Below are positions 1 through 7,386 of a DNA stretch of 30,028 nt, piece after piece (within the stretch, counting starts at the first letter, position 1; every line of letters starts with the position of its first letter). Source of the DNA: a virus (taxonomy: Duplodnaviria; Caudoviricetes); IMG/VR virus record IMGVR_UViG_3300005613_000299, positions 1 through 30,028 of that record; one strand, written 5' to 3'. Position numbers and translations under genes: made by a program. The notes below the pieces were generated by a model. The model was not told where the DNA came from. It did no database searches and saw only the letters and a list, made by a program, of their open reading frames with translations.

Positions 1-31
1 TCCATTGTATAAAGTTATTTTCAATTTTCAT
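1..31 (-). CDS. 5' end of a hypothetical protein (MKIENNFIQW...), truncated by the window edge
   Basis: ATG at 31-29, open to the window edge, downstream of a TATCTTTG box. Confidence 0.35.
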   Translation of the reverse strand, partial: MKIENNFIQW

Positions 32-74
32 ATATCGTAATTTTACTACTCATACACTCGTCCGTTAACACTTC

Positions 75-108
75 CAAAGATACACATTACCCCCTTACCT
101 TTTCCAAA
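75..108 (-). promoter_or_regulatory. Bacteroidota housekeeping-sigma promoter
   Basis: -7 TATCTTTG at 82-75 and TTTG at 108-105 (22-nt spacer). Confidence 0.45.
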
Positions 109-199
109 AACTACACAATACGTTTAAACGGTTGCCATCTGTCAAATTGCATTTGTAATACTCATTAACGTATTTGTTTAAATCTTCAAGTTCTTTCAT
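95..199 (-). CDS. 34-aa hypothetical protein, possibly a truncated remnant
   Basis: Translated by hand as MKELEDLNKYVNEYYKCNLTDGNRLNVLCSFWKR*; start overlaps the ninG 3' end; not in the ORF track. Confidence 0.4.
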   Translation of the reverse strand: MKELEDLNKYVNEYYKCNLTDGNRLNVLCSFWKR

Positions 200-728
200 A
201 TTTTTTTATTTCTTCTTTATAGTAAATTTTCATTTTTTTTATTTCTTCAATAGTATAATTTTTCGGCTCATGATAAATTTCTAACCAATCAACTAATGCT
301 AAACCATATCTTTCAATTAGACCTAATCTATAGTTAATTAAATTTCCATGTAAATGTTGGTTACAGTAAACACATTGAGCGTGTACATTATTTTCTTCAA
401 ATCTAAGTTCAGGATTTCCTCCAGCACTTCTGTAGTGACCAGCATCATATTTATTACCTAGTTTTTTACCACAACTTATGCAATTTTCATGTTTATCTCT
501 AAGCCTTATGAATTTATTAAATATCGATTGTAATTCTTTAACATGTTCTTGCTTAGTTTTTAAAGACTCTTTTTTTATTTTTTTCTTAACTATCCATTCT
601 TGTTTTTTTATTTTACTAGCTTTAATCAAAGCATCTTTAACTCCTTTTTCAATACATTCTTTTTCGTAACAAAACTTTCTATTAAAGTGCTTTACTTCAA
701 AGATTGACTTACAATATTTACACCTCAT
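186..728 (-). CDS. ninG: NinG/Rap-family recombination endonuclease
   Basis: N-terminal CxxC; FNKFIRLRD..CISCG..DAGHYRS...LRFEENNVHAQCVYCN.HLHGN..YRLGLIERYG matches the lambda NinG signature. Confidence 0.9.
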   Translation of the reverse strand: MRCKYCKSIFEVKHFNRKFCYEKECIEKGVKDALIKASKIKKQEWIVKKKIKKESLKTKQEHVKELQSIFNKFIRLRDKHENCISCGKKLGNKYDAGHYRSAGGNPELRFEENNVHAQCVYCNQHLHGNLINYRLGLIERYGLALVDWLEIYHEPKNYTIEEIKKMKIYYKEEIKKYERT

Positions 729-1045
729 AATTCAATATCTTTTAAAATGTTTATTTTTTGAGCTTCCAGTTCTGAAATTTTAGTCAAAGCATCATTTAAT
801 TTCAATTCTAATTCAGCAACTTTTCTTTCTGCTCTTTTCTCATTTAATCTTTTACTAAAATCACTTTTGAAATTTAAAGCGATTTGAGAGTCTTTTTTTT
901 CTATTATAGTAGTAATTATATCAAAACACTTTAAAGCGTCTAAAATGAACCCTAAATATGCTTCTTGTTTATTTGTTCGCGTGTTTAACTTCTCTAAATC
1001 ATCAATAATTATTTGAAGATTGTTTTTTGTTGTTTGTATGTTCAT
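725..1045 (-). CDS. hypothetical protein with C-terminal coiled coil
   Basis: 106 aa, 4-nt overlaps with both neighbours, heptad-like C-terminus. Confidence 0.75.
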   Translation of the reverse strand: MNIQTTKNNLQIIIDDLEKLNTRTNKQEAYLGFILDALKCFDIITTIIEKKDSQIALNFKSDFSKRLNEKRAERKVAELELKLNDALTKISELEAQKINILKDIEL

Positions 1046-2127
1046 AGTTTTTCCCAGTTTTCAGTTTCATCTAACCAATCAGAGTTTTCTGTGTTCTTAA
1101 TTACTTTTATAACTCTTGGCTCTTTCTCATAGAAGTCCAAGTTTGGTTGTATTGCAGTTGGCTTTGTTTCTTCTTTAGGTGGCTCAATCACTTTCTTTGG
1201 TGGCTCAATGTTATACTTTCCCCTATCTGCATAAATTCTTGTATTATCCCAGTCCATTGTGTAATATCTGAATGTTTCAGTATCTAAATAAAAATTGTAA
1301 TTACCATTCAAAGATACGCCTTTTGGTTTAGATTTAGCAATTTTAAATATTGTTTGGTTCTTTTCGTATGGTCGCCCTGTTTCGTCCGCAAGTCCATAAG
1401 GTGGTCGCCAAATAATACCCATTAACAAACCTTTTCTAAACCAAACTTGACCGCCTGCAAAGTCTCTAGCGGTTGGAATTGGGTTATATCTTATTCCATT
1501 TTCAACAACCGTTACTTGGTCTCTAACGTGGTTAATCAAACAGTTGTGTCTATTCTTTTTCCTTGCATTTTTACGGACAAATGATAAAATTCTACTCAAA
1601 TATTTATCTTCCCTACCCATATCATCAGGTGTTAATTGTTCTTTCAACTCATTCCAAGGGTCGATAGTAGTTGTTTGAAATGTAAAACCTTGTTGATTTT
1701 CAATATCATCTACAAGTTTGTAATATTGCTCTATTGTCAAATCTTCATCTTGTGGGTCAATTATTACAAAATGGTCGTTGATAAACATTTCCCCGTGTGT
1801 TTTGTCTGCTGGTGTCATTTTGTTTGTACCAAAATAGGGTTTACCTACAAACTTTGCTACAAGTTCTGCAAATACTTCTGCTGCGCTTCCAGTTTCAGGA
1901 GAGAATATGCAATGCTTCCAACCGTGTAAGCAACTAAGATTTATTAATATTTCAAACCAAAATTCTGTTTTACCTTGATGAGGTGGAGCTGCTAAATATG
2001 TAGTAGTTCCTAGTTTGATTGTAAAAGGAAATGTTTTCCAATCCCAACCCACCGAAGCGCCTCTTTGTAAACCTTTGTTGTATAGGTTTTCGAGTTCGGT
2101 GTTTACGTCTGTTAGTCTTTTGTACAT
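1042..2127 (-). CDS. SF4 (DnaB/Twinkle-like) replicative helicase, no primase domain
   Basis: Walker A APPHQGKT, FSPE motif, Walker B TTIDPWN, ..NH.. motif; directly follows the initiator. Confidence 0.8.
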   Translation of the reverse strand: MYKRLTDVNTELENLYNKGLQRGASVGWDWKTFPFTIKLGTTTYLAAPPHQGKTEFWFEILINLSCLHGWKHCIFSPETGSAAEVFAELVAKFVGKPYFGTNKMTPADKTHGEMFINDHFVIIDPQDEDLTIEQYYKLVDDIENQQGFTFQTTTIDPWNELKEQLTPDDMGREDKYLSRILSFVRKNARKKNRHNCLINHVRDQVTVVENGIRYNPIPTARDFAGGQVWFRKGLLMGIIWRPPYGLADETGRPYEKNQTIFKIAKSKPKGVSLNGNYNFYLDTETFRYYTMDWDNTRIYADRGKYNIEPPKKVIEPPKEETKPTAIQPNLDFYEKEPRVIKVIKNTENSDWLDETENWEKL

Positions 2128-2128
2128 A

Positions 2129-2815
2129 TCAATTTCCCTCTATTAGACCTTGCGCCATTGGTTTAATACTAACTTGGTTTAAATAACCACCAAATACATC
2201 AACTCTGCAAAAATGTAAGGGTTTAAAATTGTTTGACTTTCTTACATAATCACTTTTAGCGCAGTTCATAATTGCAGTTTTAAACTCTTCTCTAGTGTAA
2301 GTTTTGTTTAATTTAGCAAAGTTTCTACTGGTTACGTCTGAAAGTATTTTATGAGTTCCCTTTTTTCCAAATGCGATTTCTTGTGCTTTGTTAAAGAACT
2401 CTAAAAACTCCTGCTCGTTCGCAAACGCTTTAGCGTTCTTATTAATATCATTAACATTATCATTCTCTTTTACATTAACATTATCATTCTCTTTTACTGT
2501 TGATTTTGTTGAGGTTTGTTTAACACTTTTAACACTTGTTGAATTTGTTGCTTTTTGTTTGCGTGATTCAGCAGATGCTTTCCCTGCTATACTTCGCTTT
2601 TCCCTTACATCTTCAAACTTTTTTAAATCTCTTTTTAATTGTTGTTTGATAGGTGTAAACGCTATTTTTAACAACACATCATCAGTTTCAGGGTTTTCAT
2701 CATTTACATACGCAAAGATATGTTTAATCAATTCGCCAGCCTTTTCGTTTGGTAGTTGGTCAAATAATTCTTTTTGGTCTGCATAAAGAATGAAGCCTTT
2801 TTTATCTTTAGCCAT
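2129..2815 (-). CDS. phage replication initiator / replisome organiser (DUF6291-like N-terminus)
   Basis: KKGFILY...EKAGELIKHIFAY...AFTPIKQQLKRD..K...R..AG; low-complexity repeat linker; upstream of the helicase. ATG at 2815 preferred over the TTG at 2836. Confidence 0.8.
   Translation of the reverse strand: MAKDKKGFILYADQKELFDQLPNEKAGELIKHIFAYVNDENPETDDVLLKIAFTPIKQQLKRDLKKFEDVREKRSIAGKASAESRKQKATNSTSVKSVKQTSTKSTVKENDNVNVKENDNVNDINKNAKAFANEQEFLEFFNKAQEIAFGKKGTHKILSDVTSRNFAKLNKTYTREEFKTAIMNCAKSDYVRKSNNFKPLHFCRVDVFGGYLNQVSIKPMAQGLIEGN
2449..2550. repeat. iteron-like repeats inside the initiator (candidate origin)
   Basis: CATTAACATTATCATTCTCTTTTA twice in tandem (2449-2472, 2473-2496); TGTTGAWTTTGTTG at 2498-2511 and 2537-2550; TAACACTT at 2521 and 2530. 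Confidence 0.7.
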
Positions 2816-2835
2816 TGTTTTATTTATTAAATTCA

Positions 2836-2930
2836 AAACCCCTGCAATTCATTGAGGGCTTCACTTCTCAAATCTTCGCAAGGGTTTAGTTAAAATTCCT
2901 TATGGTTTATATAGTGTGAAGCCTAAACCA
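2836..2930 (-). ncRNA. candidate structured 5' leader RNA: two hairpins with complementary loops
   Basis: Hairpin 1 UGGUUUA/UAAACCA with loop GGCUUCACACUAUA; hairpin 2 AAACCCUUGCGA/UUGCAGGGGUUU plus UUGAG/CUCAA with loop AAGUGAAGCC; loops pair over 8 bp. Confidence 0.65.
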
Positions 2931-2934
2931 GTTA

Positions 2935-2965
2935 CAAATATACTATTTATTTTTTAGTGTGCAAG
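2935..2965 (-). promoter_or_regulatory. Bacteroidota promoter for the replication operon
   Basis: -7 TATATTTG at 2942-2935 and CTTG at 2965-2962, 19-nt spacer. Confidence 0.7.
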
Positions 2966-5146
2966 TTAAAATAACTGTAAAACGCTATTTTTTTCTTCAA
3001 CACAATCTTTATGATTCTTTTGATTTAAAGCAAAATAAGATTCTTTTAATTCGATAGATATACTTTTACGATTCATCTTTAAAGCAGCGAAGCCCTCAGA
3101 ACCAATGCCTCCAAATGGACTGAATACAGTTTCGCCCTCATTTGAATATAAATGTATAACTCTTTCAATGGTGTCTAACTGTAAAGGGCAAATATGTTTT
3201 TCATCATTTCCATCTCTACCACTTCTATATTGCAATGTTCTTGAATAGTCAATATCATACCAAACAGGAGAAGCGTATTTTTGCCACAAATCAACTGGCA
3301 AATAATCTAGTTTTGTATCGTCTGTATCTTGGTGTGTTATTGGTGTTTCATTGTCGCCCTCATTTCTAAAAAACAATACATAGTCAGGAATACCTACCCT
3401 AGTCATTGAACTATCTTTTTTGATAGTCTTATGAAGCAAACCTAGTGCTTTTGTTCTTTGCATTTCTGTAACTGGGTTTTTCCAAATGGTAACTCTTGAA
3501 TGATAAATAAATCCTAATTCTTGAAACCATTGTATAAGCATTCCTGAAAAGTCACGCAAACCAATATAACCCTCTTTACCTTTTTGTATTGGTAAATCCA
3601 TACAATGAATAGCGCAAATACGACCACTTTTAAGCACTCTTTTTAATTCGGGTATAAGGAATTTAAAATGATTCTCAAATTGTTTGTAATCGCTTACATT
3701 ACCCATATCCTCCTCTTTATCTGAATAAACATACAACTCTGCAAATGGAGGGCTAAACACAACTAAATCTGCTGAATTGTCTGCTAACTTTTTACTTTCT
3801 TGAACGCAATCGCCATTTATAATATGGTATTGGTCTGTTTTTATTTCTTTTTTCATAATTTTAACTTTTGATTTTGCACTTTTATAATCTGATTCACTTG
3901 AATATTTAGACATTTCTTGTATCATTTCTAAATGCCTTTTTTGTTTTTCTAAAATAGTTGCTCTTACATTTGTTTGAGATTCAGGAATAAGAATGTGAAC
4001 CCTTACTTTATTCTTTTGTCCGAAACGATATGAACGTCTAACTGCTTGATAAAACTGCTCAAACTTAAAATCATAAGACATAAATATCATTTCATTACAG
4101 TTTTGGTAGTTCATACCAAATGAAGCGATTGAAGTCTTTGTAACTAATGTTTTAAATTTACCTTTTGCGAACCCGTTTAAATGTTCTGCTTTGTATTCAG
4201 GTTTATCAGAACCTTGTACATTTATAGCATCTTCAAGTATTTTAACAACGGTATCGGTTTCATTGTTTTTCAAACCCCAAACAATAACTTGACCTTTTGA
4301 ATTATCAACTATTTCTTTTGTTTTTTTAATTCTTAAATCAAATGACCTATTTAAGTCTTTATGCAAGTCAGTAGCACTTACAGCCACATCACCAAACAAA
4401 GTATTTGTATTGTTTTCTACTGGTATAATATGTTCAATGTATTCTATTTCAGGAAGTGAATATCCATCGTGGCAAAAACCTAATGTACTAGGGTTGTCAC
4501 AAGCCATAGACCAAGTGCATACATATTTCCAAAATGGGTCTTTTGCGTGTTTTCTTAATCTCCATTTAGAAGTTTCGCCCCCATCATGAACAAAGAACAT
4601 TGCCAACATTTCTAAATAACTCATAGCCCCTAAAAACTCTGAATGTTGCCCTAACTCCATATGGTCATTTGGTGATGGTGTTGCAGTACAAGCCAACTTA
4701 TAAGGTGTGTTTTTAAACTCTTGTATAATCATTGAGGATAGTTTGCCATCTCTACCTTTTAAAATACTGCTTTCATCTAAAACAACCCCTGCATAGATTG
4801 AAGTATCTGTGTTTTTTAATTGGTCATAGTTGGTAATATCAAAGCAATCTAATGAAATACCAAACTTTAATGCTTCATCTTTTGTTTGCTCAACAACTGC
4901 CAAAGGTGCAAGTATTAAAACTTTCTTTTGTGTGTGATTAAATACTGCTTCACTCCAAGATAATTGCATTAATGTTTTACCAAGTCCACAGTCAAAAAAT
5001 AAAGCAAACCTACCTTTATTTAAAGCGGTTTTAACTGCGAATTTTTGAAAATCAAATAAATTGTTATTTAAATCTGATTCTTCTACTTCAAAGCCACTTT
5101 CTAAAAATGACTTCTTTTTTGTTTCTAAAAATTTTTTATAGTTCAT
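2966..5146 (-). CDS. SF2 (SNF2-like) helicase fused to a beta-class N4/N6 DNA methyltransferase
   Basis: DCGLGKT, VLDESS, TATP and QAVRRSYRFGQ helicase motifs; C-terminal catalytic SPPF precedes the SAM-binding FSPFGGIGSEG. Confidence 0.88.
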   Translation of the reverse strand: MNYKKFLETKKKSFLESGFEVEESDLNNNLFDFQKFAVKTALNKGRFALFFDCGLGKTLMQLSWSEAVFNHTQKKVLILAPLAVVEQTKDEALKFGISLDCFDITNYDQLKNTDTSIYAGVVLDESSILKGRDGKLSSMIIQEFKNTPYKLACTATPSPNDHMELGQHSEFLGAMSYLEMLAMFFVHDGGETSKWRLRKHAKDPFWKYVCTWSMACDNPSTLGFCHDGYSLPEIEYIEHIIPVENNTNTLFGDVAVSATDLHKDLNRSFDLRIKKTKEIVDNSKGQVIVWGLKNNETDTVVKILEDAINVQGSDKPEYKAEHLNGFAKGKFKTLVTKTSIASFGMNYQNCNEMIFMSYDFKFEQFYQAVRRSYRFGQKNKVRVHILIPESQTNVRATILEKQKRHLEMIQEMSKYSSESDYKSAKSKVKIMKKEIKTDQYHIINGDCVQESKKLADNSADLVVFSPPFAELYVYSDKEEDMGNVSDYKQFENHFKFLIPELKRVLKSGRICAIHCMDLPIQKGKEGYIGLRDFSGMLIQWFQELGFIYHSRVTIWKNPVTEMQRTKALGLLHKTIKKDSSMTRVGIPDYVLFFRNEGDNETPITHQDTDDTKLDYLPVDLWQKYASPVWYDIDYSRTLQYRSGRDGNDEKHICPLQLDTIERVIHLYSNEGETVFSPFGGIGSEGFAALKMNRKSISIELKESYFALNQKNHKDCVEEKNSVLQLF

Positions 5147-5170
5147 AGTTTAATTTTTTATAAAAGTAAT

Positions 5171-5458
5171 TTACTTTTTTGTTCCTTGTATCAATTTTGT
5201 GATAGGCGGTAATATAACTTTATAATCGGTATTCAAAACCCTCTTACAAACATCATCCATCGACCCACTAACAACCACCTTTCCAGTTCCATATTCAGCA
5301 ATGTCAACTGTGCTTATGCTAGTACGGGCAATGTAATATTGTTTATTTCCAATAGAGAAGAGAGGAAGTGGATTCCCTCTCTGGTCTTGTTTAGAAACTC
5401 CAGCAGCGAAGTAGTGTTTGCCTTGCACTTCTATTATAATTTTAGAATGGCATTTCAT
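5171..5458 (-). CDS. hypothetical protein
   Basis: ORF fills the gap between SSB and helicase-MTase; start uncertain (5458, 5461 or 5473). Confidence 0.65.
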   Translation of the reverse strand: MKCHSKIIIEVQGKHYFAAGVSKQDQRGNPLPLFSIGNKQYYIARTSISTVDIAEYGTGKVVVSGSMDDVCKRVLNTDYKVILPPITKLIQGTKK

Positions 5459-5789
5459 CATCTGCTGCTTCACTTGTTACTGGTGCGCTTGGTGTTGCAC
5501 CTAACTTATTTATTTTCCAATGGTTTAGGTTGTTGTAGATTTTACCATTGTATTCAGTTGACCTAATAGTAAATTCAACCTCAACCTCATCGCCAACTTT
5601 GTTGTATTTAACAAAATTCTCAACGTGTTCAGCGTATTCTTGACCTTTGTACATTCCAATATTAAACTTGGTAACATACCCTTTGTCGTTTGTTTCGTCA
5701 ACAATGTAGTTGACTACCTTTGCGCCATTCTCTAGCGTTTTAATCGGCTCTATTGCCGAAATTTTACCTTTTACTTTGTACATAATCAT
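5442..5789 (-). CDS. DUF3127-type single-stranded DNA-binding protein
   Basis: KVKGKI...KVGDEVEVEFTIRSTEYNGKIYNNLNHWKI OB-fold pattern and acidic DDEMPF tail. Confidence 0.8.
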   Translation of the reverse strand: MIMYKVKGKISAIEPIKTLENGAKVVNYIVDETNDKGYVTKFNIGMYKGQEYAEHVENFVKYNKVGDEVEVEFTIRSTEYNGKIYNNLNHWKINKLGATPSAPVTSEAADDEMPF

Positions 5790-5884
5790 TGTGAGTTTAC
5801 GCTCCCGTTTTTGTTATTAAATATTCTTTGCTTTTTCAACCACTTCTTTAATAGTTTAATGAACATATATGGGTGTATGTTCAT
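5786..5884 (-). CDS. 32-aa small protein
   Basis: MNIHPYMFIKLLKKWLKKQRIFNNKNGSVNSQ*; ATGA overlaps at both ends; not in the ORF track. Confidence 0.6.
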   Translation of the reverse strand: MNIHPYMFIKLLKKWLKKQRIFNNKNGSVNSQ

Positions 5885-6102
5885 AGTTGTTGTTTTAGTT
5901 TTATAAATCTAATTTCTAATATTTGAACCAATCGCTCTTGTGTTTCTATTCTTTTCGTGTACATATCTACAACGTTGTGCATTTGTAAATCCTTATATTT
6001 TTTAATCATACTTTTGTTGTCTTGTGCTTTCCTTTTGTAGTAGTCAATAGACCAATTTACCTCGCTCATTGCTTCTAAAATTTCAATCCTGCTCATCTTC
6101 AT
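5881..6102 (-). CDS. hypothetical helical protein
   Basis: 73 aa, in operon, overlaps neighbours. Confidence 0.7.
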   Translation of the reverse strand: MKMSRIEILEAMSEVNWSIDYYKRKAQDNKSMIKKYKDLQMHNVVDMYTKRIETQERLVQILEIRFIKLKQQL

Positions 6103-6319
6103 TTGTTTTAGTTTCTGTTTCTGTTACTGTTAATTTTCCAAAGTCAACATTCAATACTTCGCAGACTTTTATAAAGTTGCTGATTCGGTAGTTCTTGCCG
6201 TTTATAATGCTATCTAATGTCGGTCGTGTTATTTTGCTCTTAGATGCGACCTGTGTCAAAGTCCAGCCTTGTTGGTCAATGCAGCCTTTAATATACTGCC
6301 CGATTTCTTTTTGTGTCAT
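6083..6319 (-). CDS. XRE/Cro-family helix-turn-helix regulator
   Basis: IGQYIK...GWTLTQVASKSKITRPTLDSIING.NY.I....KVCEVL; start moved to ATG 6319, downstream of the promoter. Confidence 0.82.
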   Translation of the reverse strand: MTQKEIGQYIKGCIDQQGWTLTQVASKSKITRPTLDSIINGKNYRISNFIKVCEVLNVDFGKLTVTETETKTNEDEQD

Positions 6320-6343
6320 ATTAATTGTTTTAAGTTTATACTG

Positions 6344-6374
6344 CAAATGTAAAACATATTTTACAACTACCAAA
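6344..6374 (-). promoter_or_regulatory. Bacteroidota early promoter
   Basis: -7 TACATTTG at 6351-6344 and -33 TTTG at 6374-6371, 19-nt spacer. Confidence 0.75.
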
Positions 6375-6393
6375 CATTTTTTTAATTTATTTT

Positions 6394-6424
6394 ATGAACG
6401 GTCAAATAAAATGATGAATGGTAA
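6394..6424 (-). promoter_or_regulatory. paired direct repeats, LytTR-type operator candidate
   Basis: + strand ATGAACGGTCA (6394-6404) and ATGAATGGTAA (6414-6424), 20-bp period. Confidence 0.6.
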
Positions 6425-6436
6425 AGGTATTTTCTT

Positions 6437-6444
6437 TATATTTG
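6437..6444 (+). promoter_or_regulatory. -7 box for the rightward lysis operon
   Basis: TATATTTG 13 nt before the endolysin ATG; no canonical -33 box. Confidence 0.55.
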
Positions 6445-6457
6445 CAAAAACAACATT

Positions 6458-6838
6458 ATGAAGTTAACAGAAAATTTTAGTCTTTCAGAATTTCAATGCA
6501 AGTCAGGTGCAGAAATGCCAGCAGAAGTATTAGAGAATATAAAAGAACTCGCTAAAAATATGCAAGTGCTACGTGACCACATTGGTAAACCTATTCAAAT
6601 AACGTCAGGTTATAGAAGTCCAGACCATAACAAAAAGATAGGCGGTGCAAAAGCATCTAAGCACGTTTTAGGAATGGCTTGCGATTTTAAAGTAAAGGGT
6701 GTTACTCCTGCAGAAATAATTAAAGATATTGAAGTCTTAATAATGTGCGATAAAATGAAGCAGGGTGGGATTGGTATTTATCCTAGTTGGGTTCATTATG
6801 ACATTTATTACAATGGTGTAAATAAAAGACGTTGGTAA
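6458..6838 (+). CDS. Peptidase M15A-family endolysin (Zn peptidoglycan peptidase)
   Basis: NFSLSEF.C, ITSGYRS..HNKKIGGA..SKH..G.ACD, GIGIY..WVHYD. Confidence 0.88.
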   Translation: MKLTENFSLSEFQCKSGAEMPAEVLENIKELAKNMQVLRDHIGKPIQITSGYRSPDHNKKIGGAKASKHVLGMACDFKVKGVTPAEIIKDIEVLIMCDKMKQGGIGIYPSWVHYDIYYNGVNKRRW

Positions 6839-6982
6839 ATGAAAGCTGACAAATCGTATTATCTAAAATATCGAAACTTGTTTATCCAACTAGGGTTAAC
6901 CTATGAAGTAAAACAATTAGACATACATTTTAATATTATTTTAGTTTACAGTAAACAGGGTTATTTAATAAAACTTATATGA
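6839..6982 (+). CDS. 47-aa small protein in the lysis operon
   Basis: MKADKSYYLKYRNLFIQLGLTYEVKQLDIHFNIILVYSKQGYLIKLI*; abuts the endolysin stop and has an ATGA overlap with the next gene. Confidence 0.65.
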   Translation: MKADKSYYLKYRNLFIQLGLTYEVKQLDIHFNIILVYSKQGYLIKLI

Positions 6983-7386
6983 AACTAATCCCATACATAA
7001 TTGCTATTGGTTTACTATCTTGCAGCCCTCAAAAACGCTTAAATAGATTAGTGAAGAAGCACCCTCACCTTATACAAAATGATACGGTAATTGTTCACGA
7101 TACCTTAATCATTCCAACCATTCAAATAGATACTACTACTATATTCATTCCTCATAAGACCGTTGAAGTAATTAATAATGAAAAGGTACGTTTGCAATAT
7201 CGCTATGATACCATTACAAGAGAAATCTATCACGAAGTAGAATGCAAAGGAGATACAATTATAAGGGATATATTAGTTCCAGTAGAAAAGTACAACATAA
7301 CCAATGACTATTCTTTTGTCAAATGGATAGATGTACTTCTAATTGTAGGAATGGGGCTTGTTGTGTTTTTACGGGTTTGGAAATAA
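6979..7386 (+). CDS. lipoprotein with C-terminal TM helix, putative unimolecular spanin
   Basis: Signal peptide and lipobox LLSC, beta-rich middle, C-terminal hydrophobic segment ending in RVWK; follows the endolysin. Confidence 0.7.
   Translation: MKLIPYIIAIGLLSCSPQKRLNRLVKKHPHLIQNDTVIVHDTLIIPTIQIDTTTIFIPHKTVEVINNEKVRLQYRYDTITREIYHEVECKGDTIIRDILVPVEKYNITNDYSFVKWIDVLLIVGMGLVVFLRVWK

Noticed and set aside
2816-2836. TTG start at 2836 for the initiator
   Set aside because: It lies at the base of the leader hairpin. ATG 2815 has an A-rich context and begins the conserved domain.
6320-6373. Extended N-termini for the XRE gene (6373) and the 8831 ORF (9358)
   Set aside because: Both extensions run through the promoter elements, and downstream ATGs at 6319 and 9289 fit better.
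478-6461. Plus-strand ORFs at 478, 1636, 2388, 5339 and 6195
   Set aside because: They are antisense shadows of well-supported minus-strand genes, with F/S/L-rich composition and no motifs.
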